Source of the DNA: Haplodiscus bocki
Taxonomy: Eukaryota
DNA length: 64,000 bases
NCBI GenBank assembly: GCA_965655095.1
Contig: OZ296651.1
Span: forward strand, 58,342,001-58,406,000
Reading direction: 5' to 3'
The position numbers and the translations under genes were made by a program. The notes below the pieces were generated by a model. That model saw only the letters and a program-made list of their open reading frames with translations, was not told the DNA's origin and made no database searches. Positions 23,657 through 36,329 of the stretch are shown here, piece after piece; position 1 is the stretch's first letter, and each line of letters opens with the position of its first letter.

Positions 23657-24168
23657 TGATACACAAGCATACCATTAGTAGCTAAAAGTGATGATTTGGA
23701 ACAAAGACTAGAAAAAAAATGATGTAAATAGTTTTAATAATCATATCAGTAACATTAAAGAAATGATTGCATACTTCAAAGACAAGAAGCATAAATCAAA
23801 AGAGAGATAAAATAATTATAAAACTCTAAACACAATATTAGAATCAGTAGACACAATTGTAATTATTGGAGCAACCACAACGTCTGAAACGTTATCAGTT
23901 ACCGGTGTTGGTTTAATGGTAGTTCCAAGTTCTGCTGGAGTTGCGTGTGCTCAATCATTAGCTAACAAAGTATTACATAAAAAGGATTAAAAATAAATAT
24001 AATAAATACAAAAATTATTATCAGAAAGACAACGAAACAATCAAATCTTTTGATAAAATTTACATAAAATTTTTACAAGATAATGTGATAACTAAAAGTG
24101 AATAAGAAAGTCTCTGTAATATTTTTACCAAATATGTTGATGAAAACAAAATCGAATCTTTTTTATAA
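23657..24168 (+). pseudogene. Coiled-coil protein with central hydrophobic hairpin (putative membrane protein)
   Basis: TIVIIGATTTSETLSVTGVGLMVVPSSAGVACA flanked by Lys-rich helices. Confidence 0.55.
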
Positions 24169-24389
24169 ACATGAACATCGAAATAAAATTAAGTTTTTTT
24201 AAAAGTAATAAATTAAAATTTCAACCTAGAACCCGGATGATAAAATCTGTTCTGCTCTGTTATAACTAGTTATTAACTGTTCTGTTCTGATCCGCTCAAT
24301 GTTGATGTCAACTATTCCGTTCAATGTTGATGTGAATTGTTCTGTTCTGTTCTGTTCTGATTAATAAAAACAGTGTTGTTTGCTAAAGG

Positions 24390-25156
24390 AATCAAAATTG
24401 TAGTGCGTGTAACATAAAGTTAGAAAAAAGTAACTACTGAAAAGATAGAACTGTCTGCAAAAGGTGTTGCAATAAAATCAGAACAAAAAATATTAATACC
24501 AGCATAATCCAAAACGAGATTGGTACTTCACCCCAACAACCAAAAATCCATAATGTGAAGCAAAAGAACACCAACACCATTGTTTCAACATATGAAAATC
24601 ACGCTAGTGTTGTAGTTGGCCCAAGAAACGTTGGCAAAACTTGTTACATTCGCAAAAGAATTGAAAAAATAATTAAAGAAGGACATATTCATATAATAAC
24701 CAGACCTCCCAATCAATATCCATATTATAACATAAGTAATGAAATTAAACCAATACATAACTACAAAGGGTAACCTGTTAATTCTGATGATATGTTGGGA
24801 GCTCGAAACAGTTCTCAAATAGATGAAATTTTCACGAGAGGGAGACACAAAGATTTAGATGTCTATTATATTAGTCAGAGCTTTTTTGATTTGCCCAGAC
24901 AAAGCATTATAAATAACAGTGATAGAATATTGCTCTTTACACAAAGTCTCAGAGGTTTCCAAAATATGTATGATGTTATCGGAGCTTATGATATGTTAAA
25001 TTCGTAATTTAAAAAAATGTGTCATATAGCTTGGATTGAAAAATTCAACTATCTATGTATTGATATGACTAAAAATAAAAATGAAGGTAAATATCGTATT
25101 TTCAATGAAAGCAAAAACACTTATATTGCATGTATTCCCGAAAGTGAGCCTTTTTA
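24390..25156 (+). pseudogene. A32/FtsK-like DNA packaging ATPase with N-terminal C4 zinc finger
   Basis: Walker A GPRNVGKT, Walker B ..DDM, TRGRH and ISQS motifs; upstream CSAC...VCKRC in the same frame. Confidence 0.9.
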
Positions 25157-25162
25157 AAGAAA

Positions 25163-26016
25163 ATGTTGTTTTCAATTAAAGATAGAGTAGATTTGGAAAA
25201 ATTAGAAGAGCTAGCGTTATTACAAAATCGAATAACAGTATTACGATTACAAGATAAGCTTGGTGAACAAAATTTTCACCAGGACGGGAAAAAATTATTT
25301 AAACAAGAGGCTGATGCAATCAAAAAGACTTCTGAAAATATAACAAAAACTATTTCCGAAAATTCTACTAAAAACAACAAAGCATTAGAGAAAATAAAAA
25401 AAGTTTTAGAATTGATGAAAGATAAAGGTATGATAGCACCATTTTTAACTTCTTCCGTAGTTAATCTTTTTACACCTGAAAACCTAAGTCACTTTAGATT
25501 AAAAAAGACCTTAATTCAACTAATAAGAACATTTGTTTGACGAATGGCGGTAAAGCAGTTACTCTATATAGTAATATGTTAAATTTTAGAGATAGTAACA
25601 AGTCTTTTAGGCTAGATGGGGATCTTTTGAAGGAGAAGACAAGTTTTAACTTCCATGCAGATACTTCTAGGCCACAGGGTTGAAAAATAAAAGGTGAGTT
25701 TGCAAAAGATATGAACTTTGACACTAAGAATCTAGGTCGACCGAGTACTAGGGATGGATCTGTTATAGGAATACTTAATTCACCAGCTATCATAGCTTCG
25801 GGAATTTCAACAATATCTTCACCATCTGATCCTAATGAATTATGTGACAAATTAAAGTTGTTACTACAAGAAAAACAAGCTAGAAACAATTCTGATATAA
25901 GTAATCAAGAAATTGTTGCTATAGTTGTTAATTTATTGCAATACAAATGCATTTTTAAGAAACAACATGAACAATTTATCTTTGAACAAAATCTTTCACG
26001 AATAAAGAAACACTAG
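25163..26016 (+). pseudogene. Conserved Polinton protein of unknown function
   Basis: C-terminal SDPNELCDKLKLLLQEKQA.NN motif that I recall from Polinton proteins; frameshifted. Confidence 0.6.
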
Positions 26017-26311
26017 AATTAGGTAAAAGTACCCATTAAAATAATCGTTATTGTGTAAATGTACTTGATCAAATATAATTCTTATTAAGCTTGTATGAAT
26101 GAGTTACCTTATTTGTAGTAGTAATTGATCAATATAGAAAAAATACACCTATTCATATGCGGATAAAGAATATAATAAGTAATATAATTGTACAAATACT
26201 TTTTTCTATGTATACACAAAAGAAAATACTCATATACTGGTATGTATACACATAGATAAATGTAAGTATACACAATTATATTTGTACGTATACATGTTTT
26301 TTTTTCTAAAA

Positions 26312-27545
26312 ATGTTCAAACTGAATGAAAACTGTGAGGTTGATCGAAGATTCCTAAAATGTGATTATTTTAGATACAGTCCAGATGAAACTTCAACATT
26401 AAACACTTCTAATAGTCAAATATTTATCAATATACCGACAGAAGATAGTGTTGTTTCTTTGTTAAATAGTTATCTTGATTTAAACTTGGAAGTTATCAAA
26501 AAGGTTGATATTTCAAGATATGGAAACGACAATGATAAACAATAAGTTAGTTTGGGTCCTATTGTTTCATTCAGTAATTTTAAACTGACAACTAGCGGTG
26601 GAAAACATTTGGAAGATTTTAGTCATGTTGATCTTGTTTCTTTAATGTATAAACTAATAACCTCTAGAATAGATAGTGATGACTTATCTATAGGTTTCGA
26701 TCTTAGTCGTAACAGAAGAAGAGACGAACTACCTCAAAACAAACACGCAAAAGGTAAATACCATCTTAGGATTATGCTCAAAGATGTTTTTGGTTTTGCA
26801 GAACACCAGAAAAAGGCTACTTTTGGTCTCGGTAATAAATTAACACTAACAAGAAAAAAAGACGATGCTGCTATGGACAGATGGGGGTATTGCTGATGCT
26901 AGAATTAAAATTGATCATTATAACTGGTTTGTACCCCATTACACACCTTCCATTCATTAACAAAGTATTTTGTCATATCAAATTTTAAAAAAGACACCTA
27001 CAGAGTTCAGATATATTGAACGATCTGTCTTGATGAAAGCAGGAAATAATCAGAATCTATGGAATTTCGAACTAGGCATTCAAGAAAGTATGATTGTCCT
27101 TAAATGGATCATTATAGGGTTTCAGCAACGGGGTAGACGAGAGTCACAAAATTTGAACAAGGATGTTTTTTGTAGGTTAGCTGTTATTAGTGCTCAATGT
27201 ATTATCGGAACTGAAAAATTTCCTGATGGTGGTATTTTATTGAATTATGATGATGACGATTATACTGAAGGCTATCATCAAATTAAAGAAGCATTCACAG
27301 CTTTAACAAAAGATAACACATTTCAATCGTATGTTTCTGACGATGATTTTAGATCTTCAAATATTAGGGCTGACGATGACAATCTATACGTTTTCGTTAT
27401 AAGATATCAGAAAAGTTTTACAGCTTGTCAAGCAATTAAAGTAGAATATAAATTAGATGGGGTGGTTCCTATGATGTAAACGGTTATGCTTTAGTATTAA
27501 CAATTAAATTGGTTAGCATAAGCAGTGATGGTCAACGACATTTAG
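26312..27545 (+). pseudogene. Major capsid protein (double jelly-roll)
   Basis: ~410 codons across frameshifts; LNTSNSQIFINIP.ED..SLLNSYL, IIIGFQ and LYVF.IRYQK; position in the morphogenetic cluster. Confidence 0.82.
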
Positions 27546-28379
27546 TTTTTTTCATAAGATCTTTGTTTTCTTTCATTGTTATTACTGTTGTTTCCAGTAG
27601 GGCTTTATTATATCTTTCGGGAAGTTGATCGATTTTGTAGCTTGGTATTGTATCATTAATAACTTCTGTAATTTTGTCTATTTTAAAAGACCAATTAGTC
27701 GGATATCCTTTTGAAAATATTTTCTTCAAACCTGCAACCCGAACGAGAACGTTTACTTGAAACTTTGGTTTGATTTCTTTTCGTTTATCAAAAACTTCTT
27801 TTAAACATATCTTTCATTCTTTTTTAAACTACCTTGTATTGGTGTTAATTTAGTGGAAGTATGTACTCGATTGTGATATCGTTTTGTTATTGTGGGCAAT
27901 AAATCAATCCAATTACTGTCTCCATTTTCAAAAACAGGTCGTTTAAGAAAATCTCTAATAGTTTTATTAAATCTTTCAAGAAAAACAGTTCCTAAACATG
28001 TATTTCTTGAGTAATGTTTAATGTTGTTCTTATCTATGAAATCTTGAAAGATACTTTTATAAAATTCTTTGCTTCTGTCTGTTTCGATTGAATTTGGTTT
28101 TCTTTTTGAAATAATTAAAATGTTTTCAAAGGAGTCTTTTCTTGCTTGAACATTTTTTAAAGGGGGATTGTCCATCCATATTTGGAGAAATTGTCGATTA
28201 CTACTAAAACATTTGTTATTTCGATTGTTTTCAGCTCTGTAGTCTTTGAGATCTAATATAGCTAACTTCCAAATGGTTTCGATATAGTAAACATTTGTTT
28301 TGTTTGTAGCATAGTTCTATTTTGGTGGTTTTGACAAAATTTCGTTAATAAAGATTGTTTTAATTGATTTCTGAGTCAT
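27532..28379 (-). pseudogene. Retroviral-like (rve) integrase of the Polinton
   Basis: IETDRSKEF, ERFNKTIR, NWIDLLP..YHNRVH..TKLTP and FSKGYPTNWS motifs. Confidence 0.93.
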
Positions 28380-29320
28380 ATACATCTGAGTATATCCAAT
28401 CTTTTTTAAATTCTCCATTCTCAGGAAATATCTTTGCACCCTGAACAGAACTATCCAGTCCTTCGTTGTTAGAATCATAATTATATATATCATCGGGTAC
28501 TGGAGCCTGAGCCTTACTAATAAAATTAAGCAAAAGTTTAACTCTATTCTGGAGAGTATCGTTTTCATCATTTTTACCTAGATTTTGAAGACTAAATTTT
28601 TTTTATAAATCTTGTTTAACTTGAGCTATCATATCTTTTCTACAACCACACCCCCATTGCTCATCTTCCTTTTCATTAACAAACCACGGACGAATTAGGA
28701 CGAACATAGCTATTTATTTTGTTACACATTCTAAAACATAAATTTAAAAAATCATACACCTCTATAAAATCTTCGATTGTAAAAATCATCTCCCAAAAAG
28801 CTTTCTCAAGTGTGATACCTTCATCTCTAGTTAGTTTTCGTTGTGGAAAATAAGCTGGCCATTGAGCATTGACTTCTCTAAGTAAACGTTTTCTAGAATA
28901 GAGATGTTTATTTCATTGTTCTTTAGTAATAAATCTATCACAAAAATGACAGTATATGTTGTTAAAGAGCCTCATTTGCTTAATAATATGAATCTGTTCG
29001 TTTTTTTAAAAAACCATCGGTTTTGCTTTCTGAAACATCTTTTAAATTTTCTTCCATCGCATTTAATCTGTTTTCTAATTCAACATAGGATATAACTAAG
29101 TGTCTAATTTGTATACATCAACTGTTTTGTTTTTGTAATAAAATTATTTTTTCTCTATTTTTTTCATAGTATGTTTTCTGTTGATTTGATATTTCATCTT
29201 TTTTTTATAGTAACGTTCTAGACCTCTTGTGGGACTACAGTCTTTGCATTCTGAATATCTTTTGTGAAAATTGTTGATAGGTTTTTCAAAATCACATATA
29301 GTACACATTTTAGTGTCCAT
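28360..29320 (-). pseudogene. Two small Polinton genes: orphan (~28360-28900) and C4 zinc-finger protein (~29030-29320)
   Basis: MDTKMCTICDFEK...ECKDC followed by a basic helix; orphan frame ...APVPDDIYNYDS...KDWIYSDVYDSEIN*. Confidence 0.55.
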
Positions 29321-29379
29321 TTACTTTATTATGTCTTTATTGAAAAGGAATTTCATTTGAATAAAACACTTTTCTCTAA

Positions 29380-32300
29380 ATGAACAGTGTAATGAACAAA
29401 ACTCAAATACTTGAAAAACGATACAGAGACAAATTAAAAGGAGATAATAAAGAAATTAGATTAAACAATAAAAAGCCAAAAAAACAGCACAAAAAAACTA
29501 GAAAAGTAAAGAAGATTTTAAAAAGTAAAATCATCAATTACAAAAAGCAAAAAAGAAAACAAAGTTACAAAAGAAAAAAGAATATGAGTTAAATAAAAGA
29601 AGAAGTTTGCTAAGAAAACAAACTGAATCAAATAAAGAAACAAAACAAAACGAAAGAAAACAAAAAAGAGATAATATGGTAGAAGATGTTGATATAGGTA
29701 GGTTTTTGAAATTAGCAACAACTAATAAAATATATTTTAACAAATTAAGTTTACACGAAATTACAAAGGAATTTTTAAAAGAATATACAGGTGATTTTGA
29801 ATTGATTGGATCTATGTAAAATGGTGAAATAGAACAACGAACAAATTTTAAATTTAAAATATTGATGATTTTGAAACTTACAATAATGCTATAGATGTTG
29901 ATTACGATTCTGAAGACGTCAATTTTCAGGATGATTGTATGAATTAAAAACACCGGAATTCACAAAAGTAAACAGATCTCCATATGGCAAAGGTCGAGAT
30001 TTCAAACAAGACATTATTGAATATATAGGCAACAATTGTTATATTCCAACAAGTGGTACTTGTTTTGTGAAATGTAATGTTTTTTTCACTGAAAAAGATT
30101 ACACAGAAGTTTTCTTAACTTTTATTCGGACGGAACAAAGGCGATCAAACGTGATGACACCTGCTAGAGTTCAATCATTTTGTAGAAAACATAATATCAA
30201 TACAGGTTGTTACGACTGGTTTAGAGTATGCCCTAGAAAAATTAGAGAAAAAAATATAGCGTTGTTTATGCACGAAAACCACTTCTGTTTAATCTGTAAA
30301 ATCTCAAGGTGTTAGTTTCAATAAAGCAATAGAAGATGAATTAGAAAAAAATTTTAAAGTTGTTGATAACTGTATATCTGATAAACATGTTAAATGGTAT
30401 ATTAAATATGAATACAAACCTAAAAAGTTCAATCTCAGTTCACTAACTTGATTGTTTATGATATAAAAACTTTTAATACTGTAAAATGTGTACCTTATGC
30501 TAATTTTATATATAAACTAAGCAAATTTTCTGGTATTTATAAACGAGATATAACAGAAAAAGAATATCAAAAATGTTTAAATGATTGTATTGTTTTTAAA
30601 GGATTAAATAATACTAACAAAATGTTAGATTACGTTTTACAATTCAAAAGAGACCCAAAAAGAATTAGGACTAAAATTGTTTAAAAAAGTTTATACTTAC
30701 TTGCGCATAAAGGATCTGGTTATGATTCATATATTGTATTAATTAACCTACCTCGAGGAGAACTACTGTTAGCTTGTTCAAAAAGGGACCAAGTTTTGTT
30801 TCTTTTAAAATATTTAACGGTTATGTAGATCCAGTTAAAAAAATCCCTAAGTTTGTACAATTTAGATGTGGTTCATTGCATATTAAAGATTCCTTAAAAA
30901 AATGGGAGAAGTTATAAATTACAACCCTGTTTACCTAAACAAGAATTAGAACGAGATGAAATTTTCGAAGATAATTGGGAAGAAAAAGATGACGAATGGT
31001 TACCTTATTTGAAAAATGACGTTTTATCAACAGCTTTCTCCTACGCTAGACATAGTAGATGTATGGAGGAAATAACTGCATTTGGAAGGAAAACTTCAAC
31101 TACGATACCGAGTTTGGCTAATAGGTTTGAGAAATAAAAACGATGAACCTAACTACACTTATAACCACGAATATACTCGACATTTTTTTCGGCAATCTGT
31201 AAACAGCGGTAGATGCGTAGCTCTGAATCAACATTATAAATCATTTATTTCCGGCAAGGTTTTTGAAATTATTTCAGAAGAATTAAACGTTAATGGTAAC
31301 GTGTGTGAAATCGTAGATAAATATTTCGAATATACAAATAAACATAGAAAAATAATAGAAAACGAATATGATGCACAACTTAAAGACTATCGAGATGTTG
31401 ATGAAGAAGATAGAACCAAACATATTTAAAAAGAACTTAACAAACTACCATTACATAAAAAAATACAAAATCGGATCTCAATGATGTTATGATGGATTTT
31501 AATGCTACGTCTTTATATCATTCTGCTATGTGGGATAAAAAATCTGTTTATCCTAAATTAGAAAATTTATTTGTTTTTAAACCAGATATGAACGATGTTA
31601 ATGTAGAAATTCTCCATGTTCAAACTTTTAACCAAGATTGCAAAACAATCTGCTATATTAAAAATAAAATATTAAAATCCACTTAATTTTATATTTCAAC
31701 ATCTTCCAGTTAAAGAAAAAGTTTCAGACAAAGTTAAAGAAAAAGTTAAAAATTTCGAAGTTAACAGAATGAGAAATGGTTAAACCATTAACACGTTAAC
31801 ATCGGTTGAAAGTCAAAAAAATGTTAAAATAGCAGGAAAACCGAATGGTATTTACGAAGGAGTTATTTATCGAAAAAACTTTAAGATATCACCTTTTAGA
31901 AGAGTTATAGAAAATTATTTGCTTCAAGAAAAAAATATAAAGACAAACATAACGATTTGATGCCAAAATTAATTAAAATATTTATGAACTGTCTTTTTGG
32001 TTATCAAATACGCAAAGACATAAACGAAAATTTTAAATGTAAATCTCAACATTGGTTGGAAACAGAATACGATGGTAATGTGTTAGATTATTGGAAATTA
32101 CCAAATGGAATTTATATAGTAAAACTAAAAAAGTCGATGGATTAGATGGTGCTAATGACGTGAAAATACATTACCAAGTCATCTGGGAGCTTTTATTTTA
32201 AGTAAAAGTAAACGAATTATGAACAATTTCATTCGAGAGATCAACGGATTTTATAATATTATAATATATTATTCTGATTGCGATTCCTTATATATAGAGA

Positions 32301-32756
32301 AAAAATATAGGATATGTTAGATAAAGCAAATTTAGTTGGTGAAAACTTATGACAAGGTAAAATTGATTACAAAACGGTCGGCATCTTTAACAGTTTATTT
32401 CTAACTCTTAAAAAAAATTTTGTTTAACTATAGGTAATCATGGCATAATTCAACTACATATGACTTTTAAAATTTTTAATGATAGTAGACGTTTATTAGA
32501 TCGTTCTCAATTTTTTGATATGTTAGAAGGTAAAAAGATATCAGCTATATTACCAAGGTCATGGAAAAAATTATTCAATAATGGTGTCGTTAAACTTGTA
32601 AAAATGAGACTGTGTAATAGTTGTAATGGTTAAATATTATATGACGAATGTAATAATCAAGTTAATCAAAATGAAGAATTCGAATCTAATTTAAATTCAT
32701 TGAGAAAACACGCTTCTAACCACTTTGGTTATATGTTTGCTTATTATAAATTATGA
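29380..32756 (+). pseudogene. Protein-primed family B DNA polymerase (pPolB) with long N-terminal extension
   Basis: ExoI IVYDIKT, ExoII AHKGSGYD, ExoIII YLKNDV; polymerase motifs FNATSLYHSAM, KIFMNCLFG and YSDCDS; many frameshifts. Confidence 0.95.
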
Positions 32757-32855
32757 GTTATCAAAAAACTTTCGATTTGACTTGTCAATTTCAATCGTGT
32801 CAAATTATTATATTTTTATTGAAAAGATTTTTTTTAAAGAAGTCCTCCCTAATAA

Positions 32856-33351
32856 ATGAAGGGTGTAATTGTCGAGAATCAGTTAACCATTGTTAAAGAA
32901 TATGAGTTTAATAAACCACTCATTCACAAAATCGATACTATAAATGAAAATTGTAATTGAGATTGTGATCATAAATATTTTCATACATTTGATCATAGAT
33001 GTGTATATGATATTAATTTTACAAATATCACTGATAATGAAACAGTTGATTTAACAATTTCTGATGAAAACATGAGTTTGTATCAATTGAATTAAAAAAT
33101 TGAAAAATGCTTGAGAAGGAGGTTTTATATTTAATCAGGTAAATAAGTTTAGAAAACGAATTAATAGTATTTTATCAAATATACTTATACATTATTATAT
33201 AAAACTTCAAACACCAGTAGTGCACCGTCAATTTTTTTAGAAAACTTTTTCAAAATCCTGAATATGTACAAACCCATTGTTATGATAGAATAAATCGTTT
33301 TCATTCTATCGTTTTCGTCGTAAAAGGTATTGAGACAATCAAATAAACTAA
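32856..33351 (+). pseudogene. Polinton orphan gene R1; C-terminus lies inside the right TIR
   Basis: MKGVIVENQLTIVKEYEF...GFIFNQV...HYYIKLQTPVVHRQFF. Confidence 0.6.
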
Positions 33352-34086
33352 AGACAGCCTATACATTAACTTAGACATATGAGTAAACATAAAATTGTTA
33401 TTTAAGGTTCACATAATAAAAAATATAATCTTTTACTCATCCGATTTTGTTCATTGATATTTCATTTTCATCGTCTCAAAGAGATGAACACAATTTCGAA
33501 AACGAGAACTTTTAATGCCAATTATATATACTGGTAATATTGTTAGATGTTACATAGTGGGGAGAAAAATTAAATTTTATGAATATTTCCTTAGTTGAAA
33601 CGGAAAGGAGAAAGGAGAGGAAAAATTGTATGATTACTCTATTCGTTGAAAAGGAAAGGAAGATTATCTTACACCTGCCAAAAGTTTTTCCGCGCAAATC
33701 AACGCTCACACAAAGTTTTCACTGGCAGTTTAATTTCCAGTGTAATTTTCAGTATTATTTCCACTGTAGTTTCCAGTGTAATTTCCAGTGTAATTTTTAG
33801 TGTTGTTTCCAGTGTAATTTTCAGTGTAATTTCCGGTGTAATTTTCAATATACATATTTGTTATGTTGACATAATTAGTACGTACAAAAATTTTTGCTAA
33901 TTCTATATTTATGTAAATGTGTAAGTTTTTTTACAGTTTTTCATGTGTTGAAAAAAAAGTAGCTCCATAGAACTGAGCAATAAAATAAGTGACCGGAGCG
34001 AAGCGAAGGGAACGGCTATATTTTCGGACTTACTAGTAAGGAGACGCAGGCGAGTTACTGATAAATCGGCAAGATAGTATATTATT
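33175..34086 (-). repeat. Right TIR, including a 12-bp tandem array (~33720-33850)
   Basis: Reverse complement of the left TIR; TTCCAGTGTAAT repeats. Confidence 0.93.
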
Positions 34087-34608
34087 ACAGACCTCATTTT
34101 AAGAGACGTTTTCTTTAACCTTATGTAATTGTATCTCTTGTACACAGAGGGTGACAGAATCACGTAAAAACTTTCCAGAAATTTTGATGTCCTAATCTTG
34201 ATTTTAATAAAAAAAACTGGCTATTCCCTATGGAAATGTTCTATGATAAAGGAAACTTGGTTAGGCCTCAATGTTTGCGGGTGAAGGATAGATTTGATTT
34301 TTTTCTCCCAAACCTTCCAATCATTTTTCTATACACTGGAATTGAAATCATCCAGTAACCGGAAGTTAAATTTACATTTTTTACTTAGAATAAAACAGAT
34401 CAAAAACTGCACGGAATTTCTTATGAAAAAACAGAAAATTTCTGATTCAAGTTCTTTTGAGTTAGAACGTTAGGTTTAGAGTAGTGTTTTTTGCGAAGAG
34501 TTTCGACAAAATTCAGCAAAGCTGGGTTATAAATCTTTTTCAAAGGACGTTGTGTTGATTGTTACCTTCTTGCGGGATGGCTTTCCGAGGAACATTTTGG
34601 AAACCTTC

Positions 34609-36329
34609 TTTCGCAGTATACCTGCAAAGCCTGCGGATAAGAGCTGCAGAAGAAACGAACATTCCCAGACTTTCGAGGGAGTTGATGAACTATAATTAAA
34701 AGGCAATAAACGTCATATTTCTTGTTTCTCCTAATTTTCATGCTGTTGATCCGTATCAAATACGGATCACCCTAGTGAACTCATCCGGACTAATACGGCA
34801 CCGTTACGGAACAAACGGATATTCACAAAGCTTTTCATTCTAAAAGGAGTTATATTTGTACTTTTTTTTTGTTTTATCTGAAATAAAACCACCAATTAGG
34901 TGTAACTGATTTAATTTACTGTGCTGAAGCGCTATCAATTTGCTGCTGTCAATTTATTAGAATAACGCTACCGCAGTAAAGCATGAAATACTCCAAGTGT
35001 GAATCTTTGTTCCGTACGCGTTCCGTCGCTACTAGTCTGGTGACGTCACAATCATTCTTATAGCTATACTGTGCTGCAGTCCTGTGGTGAGTACGTAGTG
35101 ATGCCAGAATCACTTCTCATTTGAGCACAGCCTGCCTCAGCTACTCGTGGCTACAGAATTATCCAGAAACCACTAGTAGCTACTCATCTAAACGAGGAGT
35201 AAACTAGTACTGTTACTAGTTTCTCCTCATTTCTAAAGACAAATACTACTACTAGTGAATACGGAATTATCCGGAAACTACTAGTCGCTACTCGTATGAA
35301 TGAGGAGTAAACTAGTAGTGCTATAGCAAAACGTTATGAACTATTGAGTGAATCATGATGATACGTGCATGAAATACCAAGAGTATTTTATATCTATATT
35401 CATTTTTAGTTTTCCATACATGCTACTTTAATTTTAAAAGTCTTTTCAATTTCCAAATTACGGAATTATTCAACTTTTCCAAACATGGAATAAACATTAT
35501 TTCGTTCGTAAGCAATATGTCGGCGCGGGAATAAACACTTTCATATCCGTCTGTGAGCGATTGGGTCAGTTCATTTTCGGTCGAAAGATGGAAAGGACGC
35601 GTCCTATGAGGGAAGCGATGGATGGAAAGGTTGTTTATTTTCCGCCAGTGTGGGCATTCAGATTTTGATGTTTTAATATTGTAAGTACTTTTCCCTATTT
35701 TTATCTTGATTTGGCGTGTAAACAATTATGTTTCCCGCCAAGGATAAGTTATAAATAGGAGAAACGAAAGTACAAAAACAGAAGTGTTTTTCTTATTTCG
35801 TAGCGCTGATGATGATACCCAGTATTGTTCATTCCCTACGTTTTATTATTCAAAACTGATAAACTACCCAAACTGATTTTCTTGCAGCAAAAAGATAATC
35901 AAGTATTAACGGCTGATCATTACTTTTCGCGTAGAAAATGGCAACTCTGAGGAATAAAAGAAAACTTGCAGCACTAAAAAAGGAATATTGTGAGGCGCAA
36001 CTTAGCACAAAACTCAAATGTTCCCAGATAACAAGAAGACTACATCACACAAATTTCTGAAGAATTTGAGGGTAGAGTCACAAAGAAGTTGTCCCAGGAG
36101 TTTAGTAGGACGGAAAACCGCATTTTAGGCTCACTTTACCGTCTTGACGACTTTCTCATGAACTCGCTAAATCAGGGCCACGCCGGAACCGCCCCGGAGA
36201 CGTCCCGGAACGCATTGAGTACAAGCCAGGGAACGAATGAGGACAACTCCCAGATTGCTCCTCATCCTGAGGCAGGCATCTTGCTTAACCAGATGGCGCA
36301 AAACTCTGGCCCAGAAGATGGCCACGACA
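34609..36329 (+). mobile_element. Solo LTR (~1.72 kb) of the same Gypsy family, retaining the gag N-terminal coding segment (ATG 35938)
   Basis: Starts T(T)TCGCAG and ends CACGACA (inverted termini); flanks CCTTC/CCCTC (5-bp TSD, one mismatch); MATLRNK...SQEFSRTENRILG matches 5677-6069. Confidence 0.85.

Larger units (their letters stand above)
15921..34086. mobile_element. Complete but pseudogenised Polinton/Maverick (adintovirus-type) provirus, ~18.2 kb
   Basis: ~0.9-kb TIRs starting AATA(T/A)TATACTAT; TSD ACAGA (15916-15920, 34087-34091); pPolB, integrase, ATPase, protease, MCP and mCP remnants. Confidence 0.96.
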
